This document shows positions 59,739-64,000 of a DNA stretch of 64,000 bases, one piece after another (the first letter of the stretch is position 1; each line of letters begins with the position of its first letter). The translations under genes and the position numbers were made by a program. The notes beneath the pieces are model-generated. The model did not search any database. It was not told where the DNA came from and saw only the letters and a program-made list of their open reading frames with translations. Where the stretch lies: NCBI GenBank assembly GCA_963663385.2, contig CAXXXD010000002.1, positions 704,001 to 768,000 on the forward strand, in the 5' to 3' direction. The stretch is from Oceanispirochaeta sp. GTDB taxonomy: Bacteria > Spirochaetota > Spirochaetia > DSM-2461.

Positions 59739-61505
59739 ATGAAAGCAAGTTCCTTATTTTTCCTGTTAATTCTTCTCTCTTTCCTGCCCCTTTCCCTTTC
59801 CGGAAGGGGCCTGGGGGATGATTCTCTGCCTGCTGCAGAACGGGGGGGGATGGACCTGTCATCATTTCCCTGTTCTGATGAACAGAAGCCGGTACGGCTT
59901 GACGGTCTGTGGGAATTCAGATGGAATGAGTTGCTGGAACCCGGCGATTCCCGCTGGATCAGTCAGCAGGATGAGGCTGAATACTTCCCGGTACCACTGT
60001 TCTGGACGGCATACAAAGACCGGAACTATAATAAAGCGGGGCAGGGAACCTACCGCCTGACTATCATAACTTCCGGTGCATGCCGCTATTACGGGATCAG
60101 CCTGCCGGAAATTTTTTCCGAGTACAGATTCTGGGTTAACGGGGAACTTGTCGATGAGAGGTGGGGCAGGGATGGAGAGAATGTTCTCTTTTTAAGGCCA
60201 TCCACCTTTGTTGTTTATTCGGGGGAGGAGTCTCTGGAAATGATTCTTCAGGTTCGAAACAGATCGCACAGTAATGCCGGAATCGGTCAGAGTATTCTCC
60301 TGGGATCGGAACAGAGCATCCGCCGCCGCAGTCTTTTCAGTACCTCCATTGATGTGATCCTTATTGCCATATGCCTGTTCGCCGGTATGTATCACTCCAT
60401 TATTTTTATTTTCCGGAGAGAAGAGAAGGAGCTGCTGTTTTTCGGTCTGTTCTGTTTTGTTCTGGCTCTTAGAACCTTTACAACAGGCAGTACCCTGATG
60501 ATGCAGATTACACCAGACCTGCCGTTTCTGACCGGATCGCGTATTGCCACAGCCTTTATTCCATTATCCGTAATATTTTTTCAGTTGTTTTCCCATTATT
60601 TCTTCCGGAAGTATACACCTGTAAAAACGAATCTGATCCTTATAGCTTTTCAGGTCGTTTATATTGTCATGGTATTAACAACAGGCTCCCTTTTCTATTC
60701 CACCGTGTATTCCTGGTATCTTTTAACAATCATTGCGTCCTGCCTTTTCATTATAGGTGTTAATATCTATGCCATTACAAAAAAAGAGAGTTATTCTCTT
60801 TTCTTTTTTTCCGGGTTTCTTATCCTCCTGGCTGGAATAGTCAATGACATGATGCATTACCTGCAGTTTATTATCACAGGGTATTACCTTTCCGCTTTTT
60901 TCTCGGGTTTCATTCTGTTGGAATCATTAATCCTTTCCATAAAATTCTCCCGGGAACACCGGATGGTATCAGAGCTTTCGGAAAGACTGGAAAATGCTGT
61001 AAATACGGCAAATCTGGACCATCTGACCGGCATCTATAACAGGCGATACCTGGCCGTCGCAGGGACGCGGGAGCAGGAAATTGCCAAACGATACGGGCAT
61101 CCTTTTTCTCTGGTTATAATGGATATAGACCATTTTAAGCAGATCAATGATAACTTCGGACATGAGGTGGGAGATATTGTTATTATGAAGCTGGCTTCCA
61201 TCCTTTCATCCCATATAAGGGGAACCGATGTTCCCGCGCGCTTCGGAGGAGACGAATTTATACTTCTTTTACCCCAGACAAGTTGTGAAGAAGCCGTTAT
61301 GGTTGCCCGGAAGATAAGATCGATAGTAGAGGAAACGAATGTTTTTATAAATGATAATGAAAATATAAAGTTTACTGTCAGTATGGGAGTAGCCTGTTCC
61401 GGGGGGATGGGAGATGACTATGATGAAATCCTGCGGCAGGCTGATGAAATGCTATATAAATCCAAGGAAATGGGGAGAAACAGAGTTTCCTGTTCAAATA
61501 AATGA
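59739..61505 (+). CDS. 7TM-DISM-type membrane diguanylate cyclase
   Basis: LDGLWEFRWNELL and GTYRL sugar-binding-like domain, about 7 TM, DHLTGIYNRR, DIDHFKQINDNFGH, RGTD I-site, RFGGDEF. Confidence 0.92.
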   Translation: MKASSLFFLLILLSFLPLSLSGRGLGDDSLPAAERGGMDLSSFPCSDEQKPVRLDGLWEFRWNELLEPGDSRWISQQDEAEYFPVPLFWTAYKDRNYNKAGQGTYRLTIITSGACRYYGISLPEIFSEYRFWVNGELVDERWGRDGENVLFLRPSTFVVYSGEESLEMILQVRNRSHSNAGIGQSILLGSEQSIRRRSLFSTSIDVILIAICLFAGMYHSIIFIFRREEKELLFFGLFCFVLALRTFTTGSTLMMQITPDLPFLTGSRIATAFIPLSVIFFQLFSHYFFRKYTPVKTNLILIAFQVVYIVMVLTTGSLFYSTVYSWYLLTIIASCLFIIGVNIYAITKKESYSLFFFSGFLILLAGIVNDMMHYLQFIITGYYLSAFFSGFILLESLILSIKFSREHRMVSELSERLENAVNTANLDHLTGIYNRRYLAVAGTREQEIAKRYGHPFSLVIMDIDHFKQINDNFGHEVGDIVIMKLASILSSHIRGTDVPARFGGDEFILLLPQTSCEEAVMVARKIRSIVEETNVFINDNENIKFTVSMGVACSGGMGDDYDEILRQADEMLYKSKEMGRNRVSCSNK

Positions 61506-61639
61506 TTCTGCCCGGGTATGCAGCTTTAACAAAATAAACCGATCACTATTAATAAATAAACATTTGCCATGTTCACTTTTATCCGGTAAACTGTTCTGCA
61601 TAATCAAGGCATTGCTTACTGATAGGACTGGAACGGTAT

Positions 61640-64000
61640 ATGAACAAGAAATCCATGAGAATTATCCTCACCCTGGGAATGCCGGGACTGATAGTCGCTA
61701 CGGTTATCTGTCTGATTCTATCTACCCATATTTCAACAAAACGTGTCTTTCGGGAACATGCTCAGGATATAATGCGGAATACCGCTTCCTGCACCATAGA
61801 TAAAGCCAGGAGTCATCTGACTCCGGCCCGAGATGCGGCTCTCCTGACCAGTGCTCTGGCTGTTAACAATATTGTAACGTCCCATGATGTTTCTCAAATG
61901 GAGCACTATTTTTATGAACAGCTTCTGATTAATTCCCAGTTTTCCAATATATACTACGGGTCTTCGGACGGAGAATTTATTATGGCCTCCCGCCTGGAAT
62001 CGGATAAGTTCCTGTCCAAAAATATTATGATAAAGGATGGCCGGCGGGATGTCCTGTTCAAGGAAATGGACAGGAATTTCCAGACTGTCCGGGAGTATTT
62101 CGATAGAAATGATGCCTATGATCCCCGTATCCGCCCCTGGTATACGAAAGCAGTGGCGGAAGGGGAACTTATCTGGACGAGTCCCTATGTCTTTTTTACT
62201 TCAAAGAATCCGGGGATAACGACCGCCAGCCCTGTCTACGGCATTGAAGGCGAGATACTGGGCGTCGTCGGTGTCGATATCGAAATCTCCGACCTTTCCG
62301 ATTTTATAGCCACTCTGCAGATCGGGAAGAGCGGCAAGGCCTTTATCCTTGATGAAAAGGGGCAGGTCATTGCCTTTCCCGATAAATCGAAGATTACACA
62401 TAAAATCAGACAGAGTGATGACCTTAATCTGGTCGCGATAGGTGAACTGGATGATGAAGTCAGCCTGGCCGCCTATAATGCCATACAGGAGTCCGGTTAT
62501 GATTTTGGCGGGAATAAGGAGTTGTTTCTAACCTTTGATTATAACGGAGAGGATTATCATGCCATGTTCGCTCCCTTTCAGATCTCCTATTGGCCCTGGC
62601 TCATCGGCATTTATATTCCTGAAAACGATTATATCGGGCTGCTGAAGCAGAACAGAACATTTACTCTTTCCATCACAGCTGTCCTTGGCGTTCTTACCGG
62701 TCTGATCGGTTTCCTGATTACCCGGTCCGTTGTCCGTTCTCTCCGCTCGCTTCAGGATGCTGCAAGAGAGGTCAGCTGCGGAAATCTGCAGAGTCCTCTT
62801 CATATCAATAGCTCTTACAGCGAACTGGAAGAGACCGGCCGGGTTTTTGAATATATGCGAAGCAGCCTGGAAGACTATTCTTCCCATATGGAATCTCTGG
62901 TCCGGAAAAGAACCGCAGAGCTGGAACAGAAAAACAGCGAGCTGGCAGATGAAATAAACCAGAGGAAGAGGATTGAGAAAGAACTGATCTATGCCCGTAA
63001 CAGAGCTGATGAATCCAGAGAAGCGGCAGAGGAGGCCAATGAGGCAAAGAACAGCTTCCTTGCCAATATCTCCCATGAAATCCGCACGCCTCTCTCGGGG
63101 ATTATCGGCTATGCCGAACTGATAGGGCCGGAAAACTCAAAAGAGATAAATGAAAGTTTCCGGAATACCATATTAAAGGAATCGGAACGTCTTATTGTAC
63201 TGATAAACCGTCTTCTGGATATTACCAAAATCGAATCGGGAAAGTTCTCTCTGGACCTGAGGCCGTTCCGGCTCTCTGATGTCGTGGAGAGCGCCTGGCT
63301 TGATGTAGCCCCCCGTATGGAAGAGAAAGGGCTGGACAGGAAGAGTTCAATTGATCCCGATATTCCGGACCTGCTTCTGGGGGATCCCGATCTGCTGACC
63401 CAGATCCTGACCAACCTTCTTTCCAATAGTGCCAAATTCACAGACAGCGGATATATTTCCCTCGGCATTGAGAGGGGGGATACCGAGAACAGTTTTGTGG
63501 ATCTGAATTTTACCATCAAAGATACGGGGATTGGTATCTCCTCTGAAAAACAGGAAGAAATTTTTTGTGTTTTTCATCAGGGTGACAATTCCATTTCGAA
63601 GCGCTACGGCGGTTCGGGACTGGGGCTGTCCATAGTAAAGGAACTGACAGAACTGATGGGCGGAACCGTTTCTGTCAGCAGCTGTGAATCCAAGGGGAGT
63701 ATCTTTACCCTTTTTATTCCCTTCCGGAAAATAGAAGGTGAAATCACTCCCCTGGACAGGAATGGGGCAAAAAAGAAAATCCCCGGACAGTTTAAAGACC
63801 TTAAGGTCCTTCTGGCGGAGGACTATGTTGTAAACCGGGATCTTATCCGGCACCATCTGGAAGGCACAGGCTGCAAGCTTGTAACCGCCGATAACGGTGT
63901 GGATGCTGTAAAACTCTTCCGGGAAGTGAAACCTGATCTTGTCCTGATGGATATTCAAATGCCTGAACTGGACGGAGTGGGCGCCACCAGGCTTATCCGG
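61640..64000 (+). CDS. Hybrid sensor histidine kinase (Cache-HAMP-HisKA-HATPase-REC), 3'-truncated by the window; absent from the supplied ORF track
   Basis: Frame from ATG at 61640 reads [58 protein letters not shown] and continues to the window end. Confidence 0.9.
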   Translation, partial: MNKKSMRIILTLGMPGLIVATVICLILSTHISTKRVFREHAQDIMRNTASCTIDKARSHLTPARDAALLTSALAVNNIVTSHDVSQMEHYFYEQLLINSQFSNIYYGSSDGEFIMASRLESDKFLSKNIMIKDGRRDVLFKEMDRNFQTVREYFDRNDAYDPRIRPWYTKAVAEGELIWTSPYVFFTSKNPGITTASPVYGIEGEILGVVGVDIEISDLSDFIATLQIGKSGKAFILDEKGQVIAFPDKSKITHKIRQSDDLNLVAIGELDDEVSLAAYNAIQESGYDFGGNKELFLTFDYNGEDYHAMFAPFQISYWPWLIGIYIPENDYIGLLKQNRTFTLSITAVLGVLTGLIGFLITRSVVRSLRSLQDAAREVSCGNLQSPLHINSSYSELEETGRVFEYMRSSLEDYSSHMESLVRKRTAELEQKNSELADEINQRKRIEKELIYARNRADESREAAEEANEAKNSFLANISHEIRTPLSGIIGYAELIGPENSKEINESFRNTILKESERLIVLINRLLDITKIESGKFSLDLRPFRLSDVVESAWLDVAPRMEEKGLDRKSSIDPDIPDLLLGDPDLLTQILTNLLSNSAKFTDSGYISLGIERGDTENSFVDLNFTIKDTGIGISSEKQEEIFCVFHQGDNSISKRYGGSGLGLSIVKELTELMGGTVSVSSCESKGSIFTLFIPFRKIEGEITPLDRNGAKKKIPGQFKDLKVLLAEDYVVNRDLIRHHLEGTGCKLVTADNGVDAVKLFREVKPDLVLMDIQMPELDGVGATRLIR

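Noticed and set aside
61414..63958. Short ORFs listed in the track at the right end
   Set aside because: All are alternative-frame or antisense shadows of the hybrid kinase starting at 61640, which has no stop inside the window.
1..64000. Mobile elements, tRNA/rRNA, defence systems
   Set aside because: No transposase, integrase, terminal inverted repeats, RNA-gene signatures or defence-type ORFs were recognised by inspection. A covariance-model scan was not possible.

Overview
Accessory chromosomal region of a free-living anaerobic spirochaete-like bacterium. The taxon is inferred from 'FANGQQ/FAAGQQE'-type binding-protein signal peptides and a spirochaete-style PilZ protein. 1-14 kb: a TetR gene, a c-di-GMP/chemotaxis cluster (PilZ, EAL, two cheW, two MCPs) with many decayed or internally deleted remnants, then an Omp85-like protein and a lipoprotein hydrolase. 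14.6-23 kb: a TRAP transporter and a complete speA-CANSDH-nspC-speB polyamine operon. 24-44 kb: a glycyl radical enzyme (GRE) with its activase and a LacI regulator, followed by two paralogous DeoR / FucA-type aldolase / sugar ABC / rhamnulokinase-like operons with no isomerase. 44-64 kb: a CitA/CitB-type system with a 2-hydroxycarboxylate transporter, two membrane diguanylate cyclases, a binding protein-LytS/YesM-YesN sugar-sensing module with a ChvE/GguAB-type transporter, and a hybrid kinase running off the end. The best candidate for an undescribed system is the GRE: its active-site signature (C433-I-E435, N160, A278, K447) matches neither PFL nor, as recalled, the diol/glycerol dehydratases. 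No rRNA, tRNA, CRISPR or transposase was recognised.
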